A stretch of 64,000 nt of DNA, taken from NCBI GenBank assembly GCA_035623825.1, contig DASPSR010000007.1, positions 224,603-288,602 of the forward strand, written 5' to 3'. Under the pieces are notes generated by a model. That model saw only the letters and a list, made by a program, of their open reading frames with translations. It ran no database searches and had not been told where the DNA came from. The position numbers were made by a program, and so were the translations under genes. Positions 20,326 through 31,234 of the stretch are shown in pieces. The DNA is from Nitrospirota bacterium. Lineage in GTDB: Bacteria; Nitrospirota; UBA9217. How positions within the stretch are numbered: position 1 is the stretch's first letter; every line of letters starts with the position of its first letter.

Positions 20326-21612
20326 ATGAAACGAAAAATAACAATCGCAATATTGATTCTGCTTTTGGCAAATCCCGCCGTTGTCCGTTCCCAGTACTAT
20401 CTTGGCGTGATACAGGGGGAGGCGAAGAAGATCCCGATCTCTGTGCTGAATGTCTATGATGACGCCGGCTCTCCGCAGCTTCGTGAAATGGCTATCGAGG
20501 TCCTGGAGGCGGACCTGCGCCGCTCACAGATATTCGATGTTATGGACCCGAAGAAGCTTGACCTAGCATATTCGGCAAGGACAGAGCCACCGGAGGATGT
20601 CGTCAAACGGGCGGGAACCTTCGGCCTTACCGGAGTTGTCTGGGCGTCTCTGCAGAGGAAGGGAACGGAACTTGTTCTGTCCGGCAAATTGTACGATGCG
20701 GCGACCGGAATGAAGATGACCGCCAAAGAGTATTTTGGCAATAACGATACGGTGCGGCGCATGGTTCATACCTTCGCCGATGAGATCGTAACCCGGTACA
20801 CGGGCGAGAAGGGCATCGCGAGGTCCCGAATCGCGTACGTATCGGACAAGACAAAATACAAAGAACTGTACGTCATGGATTATGACGGCAAGAATGCATT
20901 GAAGATCTCGGCAGACCGCTCTATCTGCATGTCCCCATCTTGGAGCCCGGACGGCAAGACGCTTGCCTACGTATCATACCGCGACAGGAATCCCGATCTT
21001 TACGGGTTGGATATGGACACAGGCAAGCGCTGGAAGATATCGGGACACGAGGGCCTGAACATTTCGCCCGCATGGTCCCCAAACGGCAGAAACTTGGCCG
21101 TTGCCTTGAGCAAGGACGGGAGCGCTGAGATCTATCTTATGGACCGAAGCGGGAACGACCTCGATCGGCTGACCTACGGAGTGTATGACAACGTTTCGCC
21201 CTCCTGGGCTCCGAACGGAAGGGAGATCGTTTTTACCTCGGGTCGGGCGGGAACGCCGCAGCTGTATATCATGAGTGCCGACGGAACCGACGTACGCAGG
21301 GTAACGTTCGAAGGGCCATATAACGCCTCGCCAAATTGGTCACCGCGAGGAGACCGGATCGTTTTCGTTTCGCAGGTCAGTGGGTTGTTCAAGATCGCCA
21401 CGATCAATCCCGATGGCTCCGATTTCCGGCTGCTCACAAATGGGCCGGGAAACGACGAGAATCCCATGTGGTCTCCTTCCGGACGCCAAATCGTATTCAG
21501 TTCAAACCGCGAGGGGAAATTCAATATCTACATCATGAATGCCGACGGCTCCGATATCGAACGCATGACGTCGAACGACGCAAATTACACTTCGCCAGCA
21601 TGGTCGCCCTGA
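20326..21612 (+). CDS. tolB: Tol-Pal beta-propeller protein TolB
   Basis: Signal peptide, TolB_N, repeated SP.WSPdG (PD40) repeats. Confidence 0.93.
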   Translation: MKRKITIAILILLLANPAVVRSQYYLGVIQGEAKKIPISVLNVYDDAGSPQLREMAIEVLEADLRRSQIFDVMDPKKLDLAYSARTEPPEDVVKRAGTFGLTGVVWASLQRKGTELVLSGKLYDAATGMKMTAKEYFGNNDTVRRMVHTFADEIVTRYTGEKGIARSRIAYVSDKTKYKELYVMDYDGKNALKISADRSICMSPSWSPDGKTLAYVSYRDRNPDLYGLDMDTGKRWKISGHEGLNISPAWSPNGRNLAVALSKDGSAEIYLMDRSGNDLDRLTYGVYDNVSPSWAPNGREIVFTSGRAGTPQLYIMSADGTDVRRVTFEGPYNASPNWSPRGDRIVFVSQVSGLFKIATINPDGSDFRLLTNGPGNDENPMWSPSGRQIVFSSNREGKFNIYIMNADGSDIERMTSNDANYTSPAWSP

Positions 21613-21945
21613 GTCGCTATGGACAGAGAGATTCTCGTTTAAGGCGCCATTACAGCTGCGGCAACGAAGCAGAGCATTCGTCAATAGGGACGATAAGGCA
21701 ATCATCCACATCACGGGAACAGGAAGAGCTTGCCCACAGTTATTCAATGACATCGTGCATTCTCCTTTCGCTTACTTCAAGCAACCGTCGTTCTCCGCTT
21801 AAGCATCACTCTCACCCGGTAAACGATAAAAAAGAGCCTATCTGGTAATGTGATATAATAAGAATATCAGGCCCTTGAAGAGTTTTTCTGTCCTTTATCA
21901 TACTTTATGACCTGAGATATCAGCCGTGCTCTGGGAGGTGATGCC

Positions 21946-22476
21946 ATGAAGGCCTTGATAATCAGTGCCGATAATTTTGAAGATACGGAACTCCTTGTTC
22001 CTTATTACAGGCTCAAGGAAGAGGGCATCGATGTGGATATCGCATCGATGCAGAAAGGCAAAATCAAGGGGAAGCACGGGTATGAGGCGGTGGTGACCAA
22101 AACACTCGCCGAAGTGAAACCCGAAGAGTACGGAATCCTGGTGCTCCCCGGCGGCAGAGCACCAGAAGTCGTGCGGAAACAGCCGAAAGCAGTCGAAATC
22201 GCGAAATACTTTTTTCAGGCGAACAAACCGGTCTCCGCTATCTGCCACGGTCCGCAGACCCTGATCACAGGGGGGCTACTCAAGGGCAGGCGGGCGACCT
22301 GTTACCGAAGTGTCGCCGCGGAGATAAAGGCAGCGGGTGCTTTCTATGAGGACAGTGAAGTTGTCATCGACGGCAATCTGGTGACCTCACGCCAGCCATC
22401 TGACCTTCCGGCGTTCATGCGAGAGACCATGAAGATGATCAAGCGGGCGAAAGCGGAACGGTCTGCAGCAGCATAA
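21946..22476 (+). CDS. PfpI/DJ-1 family protease/deglycase
   Basis: FEDTELLVP, LPGG, AICHGP, LVTSRQP.DLPAF. Confidence 0.92.
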   Translation: MKALIISADNFEDTELLVPYYRLKEEGIDVDIASMQKGKIKGKHGYEAVVTKTLAEVKPEEYGILVLPGGRAPEVVRKQPKAVEIAKYFFQANKPVSAICHGPQTLITGGLLKGRRATCYRSVAAEIKAAGAFYEDSEVVIDGNLVTSRQPSDLPAFMRETMKMIKRAKAERSAAA

Positions 22477-22585
22477 GGAATTTCTCTTAAGGAGAGAAAG
22501 GCATTTTTCGGTTATGTCGTTGAACTGCCGTCGCATGCCGTTACTGCGGAGTTCGACGAGTGATTGTTGTTCCTGAGGTGTTCTT

Positions 22586-23032
22586 ATGCCACATTTCGGA
22601 TTAATGGACGAAAAAGCTCTGGGCTCGGTAAAGGGCCCGTTCCAGCGGGCGCGGCTTCATATGCGCAGCGGGAAGCGAAGGCTCCGGGAGGGAAAGATAT
22701 CCGCAGGAATCGTAACGCTCTATGACGCGCTGCTCGGTGCAATGGAGTCGTATGTCAATTCGCCTGAAAACCGGCGGCACATCGTAATCACAGCGGGTGA
22801 CGACCTGAGAAGCGATAAGACCCTTTATGCCGTCCTGGTCCGTTCTGGCATACTTGACGGTGCCTTCGATTTCGAGGCGTTCAGCAGGCTGACGGAAACA
22901 GCGCTCGAGGAGGAAATGCCCTCCTATGATTACCACGATGTCCTGAATGGTATTGAGCAGATTATGGCCCAGTTGGGGGTCATGCCGTTTGATGAATCAA
23001 AACTCCCGCCCGAAGACCCGTCCACATTCTGA
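22586..23032 (+). CDS. Hypothetical protein
   Basis: SD GAGGTG, 148-aa ORF; no motif recognised. Confidence 0.7.
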   Translation: MPHFGLMDEKALGSVKGPFQRARLHMRSGKRRLREGKISAGIVTLYDALLGAMESYVNSPENRRHIVITAGDDLRSDKTLYAVLVRSGILDGAFDFEAFSRLTETALEEEMPSYDYHDVLNGIEQIMAQLGVMPFDESKLPPEDPSTF

Positions 23033-23235
23033 CTGACATCCCGACACCGGGGCGCCGCGACGAAATATTGGCCCTAGAATTTGCCTGCCGATGGTCAGGT
23101 AGTCAGAGGATGGATAACGATCATGCGACACCGACGGGTTTTGGTACCGTTCAGCATCAATAGAAGACAGCAAGAATCGGGTTGCCCCTGTTTTCATGCA
23201 GTGCTATGATTGCTGATACGGGAAGCGAAGGCACA

Positions 23236-24126
23236 ATGAGGATGCTGACATCAGCGAAAGATTATAAGCGTATCGAGAAGGCTATTCTTTTTTTGGAAAA
23301 GAATATTCGCCTGCAGCCCGGTCTGAAGGAGCTCTCCAGGATAATGAATCTGAGCGAATACCATTTTCAGCGTCTTTTCAGGCGCTGGGCGGGCATCAGT
23401 CCTAAGCGCTTTTTGCAGGTTTTGACTATCGAACACGCTAAAAGGGTCATGAAGAATTCCGGCAGTCTGCTCGATGTCTCGTATGAAACCGGTCTGTCCG
23501 GTACGGGCCGTCTTCATGACCTATTTGTGAGCGTTGAAGCAATGACCCCGGATGAATTCAGAAAACAAGGCAGGCAATTGCGGATTCGCTACGGATTTCA
23601 CCCAAGCCCGTTCGGAGAATGTCTCGTGGCCGTTACCAGCAAAGGAATCTGCAATCTTGCTTTTGTGCCGCAGAGCGGAAGAACCGAGGCTGTGAGCGAA
23701 TTGAGGAGGCAGTGGAAAAACGCCGAAATTATTGAGGATGCATCTGTCGCCGGACCATATGTGGATACGATATTCGGTGCGTCTGCATCGAACACGGCAC
23801 TGCCGTTAATCATCAAGGGAACGAATTTTCAGGTCAAGGTTTGGCAGGCACTCCTGAAGATCCCAGCCGGGAAGATCGCTTCTTACGAAGACATCGCCCG
23901 CCAGATTGAGAGGCCGAAGGCTGTCCGCGCCGTTGCGAATGCCGTGGCGCACAACCCGATAGCGTTTCTGATTCCCTGCCACCGTATTATCCGGAAAACC
24001 GGCGCGGTTGGAGGATACCGCTGGGGCAGCGCACGGAAGAAAGCAATGCTCATCTGGGAGGCAGGAAGAATGGCAGAATTTGAAAACAGGGGTAAAGAGA
24101 AAGAGGATAACCCTGGCACACCGTAA
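23236..24126 (+). CDS. AraC-HTH / O6-methylguanine-DNA methyltransferase (Ada-like, lacking N-terminal Zn domain)
   Basis: SEYHFQRLF..WAGISPK, GTNFQ.KVW..L..IP, IPCHR. Confidence 0.9.
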   Translation: MRMLTSAKDYKRIEKAILFLEKNIRLQPGLKELSRIMNLSEYHFQRLFRRWAGISPKRFLQVLTIEHAKRVMKNSGSLLDVSYETGLSGTGRLHDLFVSVEAMTPDEFRKQGRQLRIRYGFHPSPFGECLVAVTSKGICNLAFVPQSGRTEAVSELRRQWKNAEIIEDASVAGPYVDTIFGASASNTALPLIIKGTNFQVKVWQALLKIPAGKIASYEDIARQIERPKAVRAVANAVAHNPIAFLIPCHRIIRKTGAVGGYRWGSARKKAMLIWEAGRMAEFENRGKEKEDNPGTP

Positions 24127-24228
24127 GGGCCGGAGGTGGATTCCTCTCAGCACTGCATTCGGGTCTCAAGTTATAAAGGTGGCACTTTTGCTGTCTGCTG
24201 AATGCCCTTTGTGTTGCATGGAGGCAAG

Positions 24229-26187
24229 ATGAACAGACTTGCAAACGAAAAATCCGCATACCTCCGACACGCCGCGCACCAGAAGATCGATTGGCATCCA
24301 TGGTCCGAAGAGGCGTTCGAACGGGCACGCAGCGAGGACAAGCCGCTGTTCCTCAGCACGGGCGCAGTATGGTGCCACTGGTGCCATGTGATGGCTCAGG
24401 AAAGCTTTGAGGACGATGAGACGGCGCGGTTGCTGAACGAGCTGTTTATCAACATTAAACTCGACCGTGATGAGCGGCCTGACATCGACCGGCGGTACCA
24501 GCAGGCAGTGGCGGCCATGGGAGCTGGTAGCGGATGGCCGCTCTCCGTCTTCCTGACGCCCGAAAAAAAGCCTTTCTTCGGGGGCACCTATTTTCCGCTG
24601 CAGGACATGCAGGGCAGGCCGGGATTTAAGAATGTGCTCAGGGCGGTGAGTAATTTCTATAAAACCAAGCGATTGAATGCTGTGAAGTACTCTGACCAGG
24701 TTATGGATACGCTGAAGCCCGATGCCCTGCTTCCCAACGGTCTCAGCAGGGGTGCTCTGGACATAGCGACTCATGGCATCGTCTCAGATTTTGACCCTCG
24801 TCATGGCGGCTTCGGAACAGCGCCAAAGTTTCCCATGCCGGGGGCCTTGGAATTCCTGCTCCGGCGGTCCTTTGCGGGCCAGGACCCGTCCATTCGGCGT
24901 GTCTGCCAAGCGACTCTTGATGCCATGGCGCTGGGCGGGTTTCATGACCAGATTGGCGGGGGGTTCCATCGGTATTCCGTCGATGAGGCATGGATCGTTC
25001 CACACTTCGAAAAGATGGCCGACGACAATGCCTGGCTCCTCAGAAATTATATCGACGGATATGCCATCTTCGGCGACGAACGATATAAGAACGTAGCACT
25101 GGGAATCATCGATTTCACGAGGGGCGTGCTGTCCGATCCCAAAGGCGGATTCTACGCCAGCCAGGATGCAGATGTGACGCCTGATGACGAGGGCGGATAC
25201 TTCACTTGGACAGATGATGATTTCAAAAAAATTCTGACCGATGAGGAATACACAGTGCTCACCCCGCATCTTTTCCACGAACGTGGTCACCTGCACCATG
25301 ATCCATCGAAGTCAGTTCTCGCCGTTGCCGAAGAAGCAGAAACGATCGCACAAAAGCTTGGAAAGCCCGTTGCCGAGGTGCTCGAAATCATAAGACGAGG
25401 CAAGATGAAGCTTCTTCGCGAGAGAAACCATCGGGAGACGCCGTTTATCGACCGGACGCTGTACACCTCGCTGAACGGCATGCTCATTACCTCTTATCTT
25501 CGGGCGTTCCGTGTCCTGGGAGACACCTCGCTCAAATATTTTGCGCTCTTGAGCCTGAGCCGGATTCTTCGAGAGCGCCGCAGCGGAAACATTCTCTACC
25601 ACTCGGAAAGCGTCCCCGCTGTGCTCGATGACTTCATTTATCTCGTCGCCGCCCTCATAGCCGCCTATGAGGGAACCGGAGCACGGAACCACCTTGATTA
25701 TGCCGATGCGTTCATGGCGGAGTGTGTGGAGAAGTTCGGTGATAGCGAAGGAGGTTTTTTTGATACCGAGGGAGAAGTGCTTGGAACTCGTCTCAAACGT
25801 GTGGAGGACATTCCTCACCCCTCGGCAAACGCCGTTGCCATCATGATGCTTTTGAAGCTTTTTTCGCTGACTGGAAAGGAGTTGTACCGCGCTGCAGCGG
25901 AGAAAGCGCTCAGTGTTTTTTCCCGGACTGCTGGAGAAATGGGGGTCCACGCAGGCGCTTACTTCTGTGCCCTTGATGAATATTATAACACGCTGAAGGT
26001 TACGGTGGAGGCTGATCCCGAAAGCGTCCTCAGCCGGGCAGCTCTGGCACTGAGCGGCCCATATTCCACAATCGTGTTCGGCGAGAACAATGGTCGTGTG
26101 ATTCCGTGCGTCAATGAAACCTGCTTTGACCCAATAACGGATGCGACAATGCTCAAAGATTTCTTTCGACAGCTTCCAATACGATGA
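24229..26187 (+). CDS. YyaL/SSP411-family thioredoxin-domain protein
   Basis: MNRLANEKS.YL.HA, WCHWCHVM..ESF, GWPLSVFLTP, PHFEKM. Confidence 0.92.
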   Translation: MNRLANEKSAYLRHAAHQKIDWHPWSEEAFERARSEDKPLFLSTGAVWCHWCHVMAQESFEDDETARLLNELFINIKLDRDERPDIDRRYQQAVAAMGAGSGWPLSVFLTPEKKPFFGGTYFPLQDMQGRPGFKNVLRAVSNFYKTKRLNAVKYSDQVMDTLKPDALLPNGLSRGALDIATHGIVSDFDPRHGGFGTAPKFPMPGALEFLLRRSFAGQDPSIRRVCQATLDAMALGGFHDQIGGGFHRYSVDEAWIVPHFEKMADDNAWLLRNYIDGYAIFGDERYKNVALGIIDFTRGVLSDPKGGFYASQDADVTPDDEGGYFTWTDDDFKKILTDEEYTVLTPHLFHERGHLHHDPSKSVLAVAEEAETIAQKLGKPVAEVLEIIRRGKMKLLRERNHRETPFIDRTLYTSLNGMLITSYLRAFRVLGDTSLKYFALLSLSRILRERRSGNILYHSESVPAVLDDFIYLVAALIAAYEGTGARNHLDYADAFMAECVEKFGDSEGGFFDTEGEVLGTRLKRVEDIPHPSANAVAIMMLLKLFSLTGKELYRAAAEKALSVFSRTAGEMGVHAGAYFCALDEYYNTLKVTVEADPESVLSRAALALSGPYSTIVFGENNGRVIPCVNETCFDPITDATMLKDFFRQLPIR

Positions 26188-26358
26188 TGAATATAGAACG
26201 CTTGCTCGAGTTCCTGCATCTTTCCCCCCAGAAAGCAACTGCCCCTTGACCTATCCGATGCATGGTAGTAAGATTATGCATATCCCGTTTTCTCATACAA
26301 AAGGATTCACGGTAAATCTCCTCCTGCGTCTGCTGCAGCTCCACTGAAGGGGGGAAGC

Positions 26359-28296
26359 ATGACGAAACAGACAGTCGTCCCTTCGTATTTTTTATATCTC
26401 CTCTCTGGTGCTGCGGTTCTGATCGGCCTCACCATCATCAGCATCCACAGCGCTGTCCTCACGCATATCCTAGTGGAAATTTTCAGCATCATCATAGCCT
26501 GCAGCATCTTTCTTGTCGCCTGGAACACACGAAGATTCATCACCAATAACTACATCCTATTCATCGGTATCTGCTTCTTGTTCGTGAGCTTCTTTGACCT
26601 GCTGCATACGCTGGCCTATAAGGGGATGAGTGTATTCCCCGGGTTCGACCCCAACCTTTCTGCCCAGCTCTGGATTACGGCACGCTATACGGGAAGCATC
26701 TCGCTCCTCATCGCACCTGTGGTCATGGACTGGAAACCGAGGCCGTTGCTCCTCTTCTGGCTCGCCACAGTCGCAACAGCCCTGCTGCTGGCGACGATCT
26801 TCATCTGGAGGATCTTTCCCGTATGTTATATTGAGGGTTTGGGGCTCACGAATTTCAATATTGGAAGCGAATATGCCATTATAGCGTTATTCACCGCTGC
26901 TCTTGCACTTCTAATCTGGAGGAGAACCGACTTCGATGGGAGCATTTTCCTTTTGTTGTCCGGCTCGATTCTTCTGCGGGTGGCATCCGAGATCACGTTC
27001 ATCCCGTATATAGCTGAGTCCGATGAGCCCAACATAGTTGGCAATTTCTTCAGGATCGCCGCATACTATCTGTTTTATAAGGCCCTTGTCGAATCCGCGC
27101 TTGTCAGGCCTTACGACCTCCTCTTCAGGAACCTGAAGATAAGAGAGGTATCGCTCCGCGAGGAGCGGGACCGGGCACAGCACTATCTTGATGTGGCCAA
27201 GACGCTCCTCGTGATAATCAACGCGGACCAGCGGGTAAGCCTGATCAACAGGAAAGGCTGTGATATTCTGGGATACCCCGAGAACGAGATCATAGGCAAG
27301 AACTGGTTCGACTTTTTTGTGCCTGCAAGAATGCGCGACGAGGTGAAAGCGGTATTCAATAAGCTGATGGCTGGAGAGATTCAGCCCGTGGAGCACTTTG
27401 AGAACCCTGTAATATCACGGCAGGGAGAGGAACGGCTCATTGCGTGGCACAATGCAGTATTGGAGAGCGATGAGGGGCAGATCATAGCTACCTTGAGTTC
27501 GGGCGAAGACGTCACCGAGCGCAAACAGGCAGAGGAACAACTCATACAGAAGACAGCTGAACTGGAACGCTCCAATGCCGAGCTTGAACAGTTTGCGGCC
27601 ATCGTTTCGCACGACCTCAAGGAACCCCTTGTTTCCATGGGGGGGTTTGCCCAGATCTTGCGGGAAAAGTATAAAGATAATCTGGATGACAAAGCGCAAG
27701 TCTTGCTCTCACATATCATCAATGGATCCTTCCGCATGGAGCGTCTGATAAGGGATCTTCTTGCTTACGCGAAGGTTAACGCCTCCGAGAAATCTTTCAT
27801 TCCCCTGTCGTGCAACGCCATCTTGGGCGTCGTGCTCTCTAACCTTGGAAGGGCCATTGAGGAGAGCGGCGCGGTCATCACGGTTGATGATCTCCCGACC
27901 GTGACAGGCGAGGAAATGCAGTTAATTCAACTGTTTCAGAACCTTATCAGTAATGCCATCAAGTATAGGAGCGACCAGACGCCGCACGTCCATGTCTCTG
28001 CCCGTTCTCTCAGGATTGATGGAATGAAAGCCGGAGATTCGATTCCTCTGTCGACACCACACGACTCTGACATTGGTGCCGGCTGGTTGTTTTCCGTATC
28101 AGACAACGGTATCGGCATCGATCCCGCCCATTCCGAGCGGATATTCCAGATATTCTATCGCTTGCATAACAACCGATATCCCGGTTCCGGCATCGGCCTT
28201 GCCGTATGCAAAAAGATCGTGGAACGGCACGGAGGGCGCATCTGGGTCGAGTCAGAGCCCGGCAAGGGGTCCACATTTTATTTTACAGTTCCCTGA
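26359..28296 (+). CDS. MASE3-PAS sensor histidine kinase
   Basis: Multi-TM N-terminus (DLLHTLAYKGM), PAS, SHDLKEP H-box, N/G boxes. Confidence 0.9.
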   Translation: MTKQTVVPSYFLYLLSGAAVLIGLTIISIHSAVLTHILVEIFSIIIACSIFLVAWNTRRFITNNYILFIGICFLFVSFFDLLHTLAYKGMSVFPGFDPNLSAQLWITARYTGSISLLIAPVVMDWKPRPLLLFWLATVATALLLATIFIWRIFPVCYIEGLGLTNFNIGSEYAIIALFTAALALLIWRRTDFDGSIFLLLSGSILLRVASEITFIPYIAESDEPNIVGNFFRIAAYYLFYKALVESALVRPYDLLFRNLKIREVSLREERDRAQHYLDVAKTLLVIINADQRVSLINRKGCDILGYPENEIIGKNWFDFFVPARMRDEVKAVFNKLMAGEIQPVEHFENPVISRQGEERLIAWHNAVLESDEGQIIATLSSGEDVTERKQAEEQLIQKTAELERSNAELEQFAAIVSHDLKEPLVSMGGFAQILREKYKDNLDDKAQVLLSHIINGSFRMERLIRDLLAYAKVNASEKSFIPLSCNAILGVVLSNLGRAIEESGAVITVDDLPTVTGEEMQLIQLFQNLISNAIKYRSDQTPHVHVSARSLRIDGMKAGDSIPLSTPHDSDIGAGWLFSVSDNGIGIDPAHSERIFQIFYRLHNNRYPGSGIGLAVCKKIVERHGGRIWVESEPGKGSTFYFTVP

Positions 28297-28385
28297 GCTA
28301 GTTGCTTGGCTAAGCTCCTCCGATCGCAGTCTGCTTGACACCGGAAGCAAACCTGCTATCCTTAAGTTGCAAATCAGGAAATGAT

Positions 28386-29906
28386 ATGAATCCACTTATA
28401 CTGCCGCAGGATGAGAATAATGCAACTCTCGTGAAGAATGTCCATCCTCCGGACTGGATGAATCCCGCCCCGGCCCCGCGTTACAACCTCGTGGTGATCG
28501 GCGCAGGGACTGCGGGTTTGGTCGCGGCCGCTGGGGCCGCTGGACTTGGTGCAAAGGTCGCACTTGTCGAACGCCATCTGCTGGGGGGCGACTGCCTGAA
28601 CGTGGGATGCGTTCCGTCCAAGGGGATCATCAGAGCGAGCCGCGCCGCCTATGATGCCAGAATGGCAGAGCAGTTCGGGGTTCAGATCGGAAAGGAGATA
28701 TTCGTCGATTTCGGCAAGGCCATGGAGAGGATGCGGCAGATCAGGGCCGCGATCAGCTTCCATGATTCCGTGGAGCGATTCAGCGGGGGGCTCGGTATTG
28801 ACGTATTTCTGGGCCAGGGGAAGTTCACCGGTCCCGACAGCGTTGAAGTTGACGGAAAACGCCTGCGATTCAAGAAGGCTGCGATTTGTACTGGCGCGCG
28901 GGCATCGTCCCCTTCCATTCCAGGAATCGAGGAGACGGGCTATCTCACCAACGAGAACGTTTTCTGGCTCACAGAGCTTCCTCGCAGGCTCGCAGTCATC
29001 GGTGGCGGGCCCGCCGGGTGTGAACTAGCGCAGACCTTTGCCCGGCTGGGGAGCGAGGTCACCATCATCGAATTTCATCCGCGCTTGCTGGCTCGGGAAG
29101 ACGATGATGCAGCAGAGATTGTTCGAAAGTCCCTTCTTCGTGACGGGGTGAAGCTGGCATTGAATGCAGTGATCATGAAGGCAGAAAAGCGCGGTCCCGA
29201 CAAGGTTATCACTACGGTGCAGCAGGGGAATACCATTGCAATAGCAGCCGATGAAATTCTAGTCAGCATCGGCCGTACGCCAAACGTGGACGGGTTGAAT
29301 CTCGAAGCTGCGAGAGTTCAGTATGATCCGCGCCTCGGCGTAAATGTGAATGCGCTCCTGCAGACCTCGAATCCCCGCGTCTATGCGGCAGGCGATATCT
29401 GCTTTCCGTACAAGTTCACCCATACAGCCGATGCGCTAGCCCGTGTCATGATCGGCAATGCCCTATTTATGAGGAAACAGCAGACCTCCGCACTCGTCAT
29501 CCCCTGGTGTACCTATACGGATCCCGAAGTCGCCCATGTGGGACTGAACGCAAAAGAGGCAAAGGATAAAGGCATCGACTCGCTCACCCTGACAGTCCAG
29601 CTCTCTGACGTGGACCGTGCGCTCTTGGACGGCGAGACCGAGGGTTTCGCGCGCGTCCACCTGAAAAAAGGGAGTGACCGAATGCTTGGCGCCACCATCG
29701 TTGCCCGCCATGCGGGCGAGATGATCAACGAATTCTCGCTCGCCATCACTGCCGGTCTGGGACTTTCCGCGATCGGGAAAACGATCCATCCCTATCCCAC
29801 CCAGGCCGAGGCGATCAAGAAAGTGGCCGACGCATATAACAGGACACGACTCACGTCCCTGGTGAAGAATATCCTGACCGCATGGCTAAAATGGCAGAGG
29901 TCCTAA
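28386..29906 (+). CDS. Mercuric-reductase-like pyridine nucleotide-disulfide oxidoreductase
   Basis: GAGTAG, GGDCLNVGCVPSK, HPYPT; lacks C-terminal Cys-Cys of true MerA. Confidence 0.85.
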   Translation: MNPLILPQDENNATLVKNVHPPDWMNPAPAPRYNLVVIGAGTAGLVAAAGAAGLGAKVALVERHLLGGDCLNVGCVPSKGIIRASRAAYDARMAEQFGVQIGKEIFVDFGKAMERMRQIRAAISFHDSVERFSGGLGIDVFLGQGKFTGPDSVEVDGKRLRFKKAAICTGARASSPSIPGIEETGYLTNENVFWLTELPRRLAVIGGGPAGCELAQTFARLGSEVTIIEFHPRLLAREDDDAAEIVRKSLLRDGVKLALNAVIMKAEKRGPDKVITTVQQGNTIAIAADEILVSIGRTPNVDGLNLEAARVQYDPRLGVNVNALLQTSNPRVYAAGDICFPYKFTHTADALARVMIGNALFMRKQQTSALVIPWCTYTDPEVAHVGLNAKEAKDKGIDSLTLTVQLSDVDRALLDGETEGFARVHLKKGSDRMLGATIVARHAGEMINEFSLAITAGLGLSAIGKTIHPYPTQAEAIKKVADAYNRTRLTSLVKNILTAWLKWQRS

Positions 29907-29917
29907 GAAAGGTCATC

Positions 29918-30589
29918 ATGAGCAGGAATAAAATCACAATCCTCATATCCATTGCGCTCCTGGTTGCGCTTTTCTTCTCCCTTGGCCTCGGGAGATACCT
30001 GACCCTTACGTCGTTAAAAGCTAACCGTGCAGCGCTTGTCGAGTTATACGCAAACCATCGGTTTGTCACGGCATCGGCTTTTATTGCGGTCTATATCGTG
30101 CAGACAGTTCTCTCTCTGCCCGGTGCCGGCATACTCTCGCTCGCGGCTGGAGCAGTATTCGGTGTTGTGAGGGGAGCCCTGTATGTTTGTATCGGCGCGA
30201 CCACGGGAGCCACCTTGGCGTTCCTGATCTCGCGATATCTGTTTCGTGATGCGATCCAGAAAAAGTTCAGTTCACGGCTGGAGACGATGAACCGGGAGCT
30301 CGAACACTCCGGTTTCAACTATCTTCTTTTTCTCCGGCTCGTGCCAATTTTCCCGTTCTTTCTGATCAATCTTGCAGCGGGACTGACGAAAATCCCGCTG
30401 CGTACGTTTTTCCTCGGGACCATAATCGGCATGATACCGGGCAACTTTGTTTTCTGCAACGCCGGAGCCAGTCTCGCCACGATTACGAAAATGAACGACA
30501 TAGCGTCTCCGCGAGTCCTCGGATCATTCGCCCTGCTGGGATTGTTCGCCCTTGTACCGGTGGCGTATAGGAAATTTGTCCGGAAGTAA
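29918..30589 (+). CDS. TVP38/TMEM64 (DedA/VTT) membrane protein
   Basis: LSLPGA..L..AAG.VFG, FLRLVPIFPF.LIN..AG. Confidence 0.9.
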   Translation: MSRNKITILISIALLVALFFSLGLGRYLTLTSLKANRAALVELYANHRFVTASAFIAVYIVQTVLSLPGAGILSLAAGAVFGVVRGALYVCIGATTGATLAFLISRYLFRDAIQKKFSSRLETMNRELEHSGFNYLLFLRLVPIFPFFLINLAAGLTKIPLRTFFLGTIIGMIPGNFVFCNAGASLATITKMNDIASPRVLGSFALLGLFALVPVAYRKFVRK

Positions 30590-30672
30590 GAGCGGAACAA
30601 ATCGATGTGCATCGGCAAAGGACGCCGGAAGGTGCTAAAATCTGAGTAAGAGAACTGGAGGCGAGGTATCGA

Positions 30673-31134
30673 ATGATTATCGCGATCGGCGCTGACCATG
30701 GAGGATTTCTTCTCAAGCAGCAGCTTGTGGGATTGCTTACAGAGATGGGGCACATCGTGAACGACCAGGGGACCTTTAGTGAAGAGGCCGTTGATTATCC
30801 CGATTATGCCCGGGCCGTTGCCCGTTACATACTCGAAAAAAAGGCCGAGCGGGGAATCCTGATCTGCGGCAGCGGAGTCGGGGCAGGCGTCGCCGCGAAT
30901 AAGTTCCCGGGCATCCGCGCGGCCGTCTGCCACGATACCTTCTCTGCGCACCAGGGCGTCGAGGACGATGATATGAATGTTCTCTGTCTCGGCGCGCGCG
31001 TCGTGGGGCCCGAGCTCGCAAAAGAGATCGTCCGTACGTTTTTAACCGCTGCCTTCTCGGGCGCCGAACGGCATTTGCGGCGTCTGAGAAAGATATCGGA
31101 GATCGAGAAAGAGCATGTGACAAGAAAGGAATAA
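30673..31134 (+). CDS. rpiB: Ribose-5-phosphate isomerase B
   Basis: GADHGG, DYPD, ICGSGVG, ANK.PGIRA, RH.RR. Confidence 0.95.
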   Translation: MIIAIGADHGGFLLKQQLVGLLTEMGHIVNDQGTFSEEAVDYPDYARAVARYILEKKAERGILICGSGVGAGVAANKFPGIRAAVCHDTFSAHQGVEDDDMNVLCLGARVVGPELAKEIVRTFLTAAFSGAERHLRRLRKISEIEKEHVTRKE

Positions 31135-31234
31135 CAATAGCGTCAACAGGAGTTACAGGATATACTGGATCGGGAAGATAACCATATGAATTTAATGCCC
31201 CAATCAAGCTGTAACGGAGATGAATGAGGTTACC

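Noticed and set aside
21502-21848. Minus-strand ORF with SD (AAGGAG) and CRSC, and overlapping + strand ORF, after tolB
   Set aside because: Both overlap tolB and show no recognisable family; cannot be supported as genes.
28386-29906. Mercury resistance (merA)
   Set aside because: No C-terminal Cys pair, NmerA domain or merR/T/P genes.
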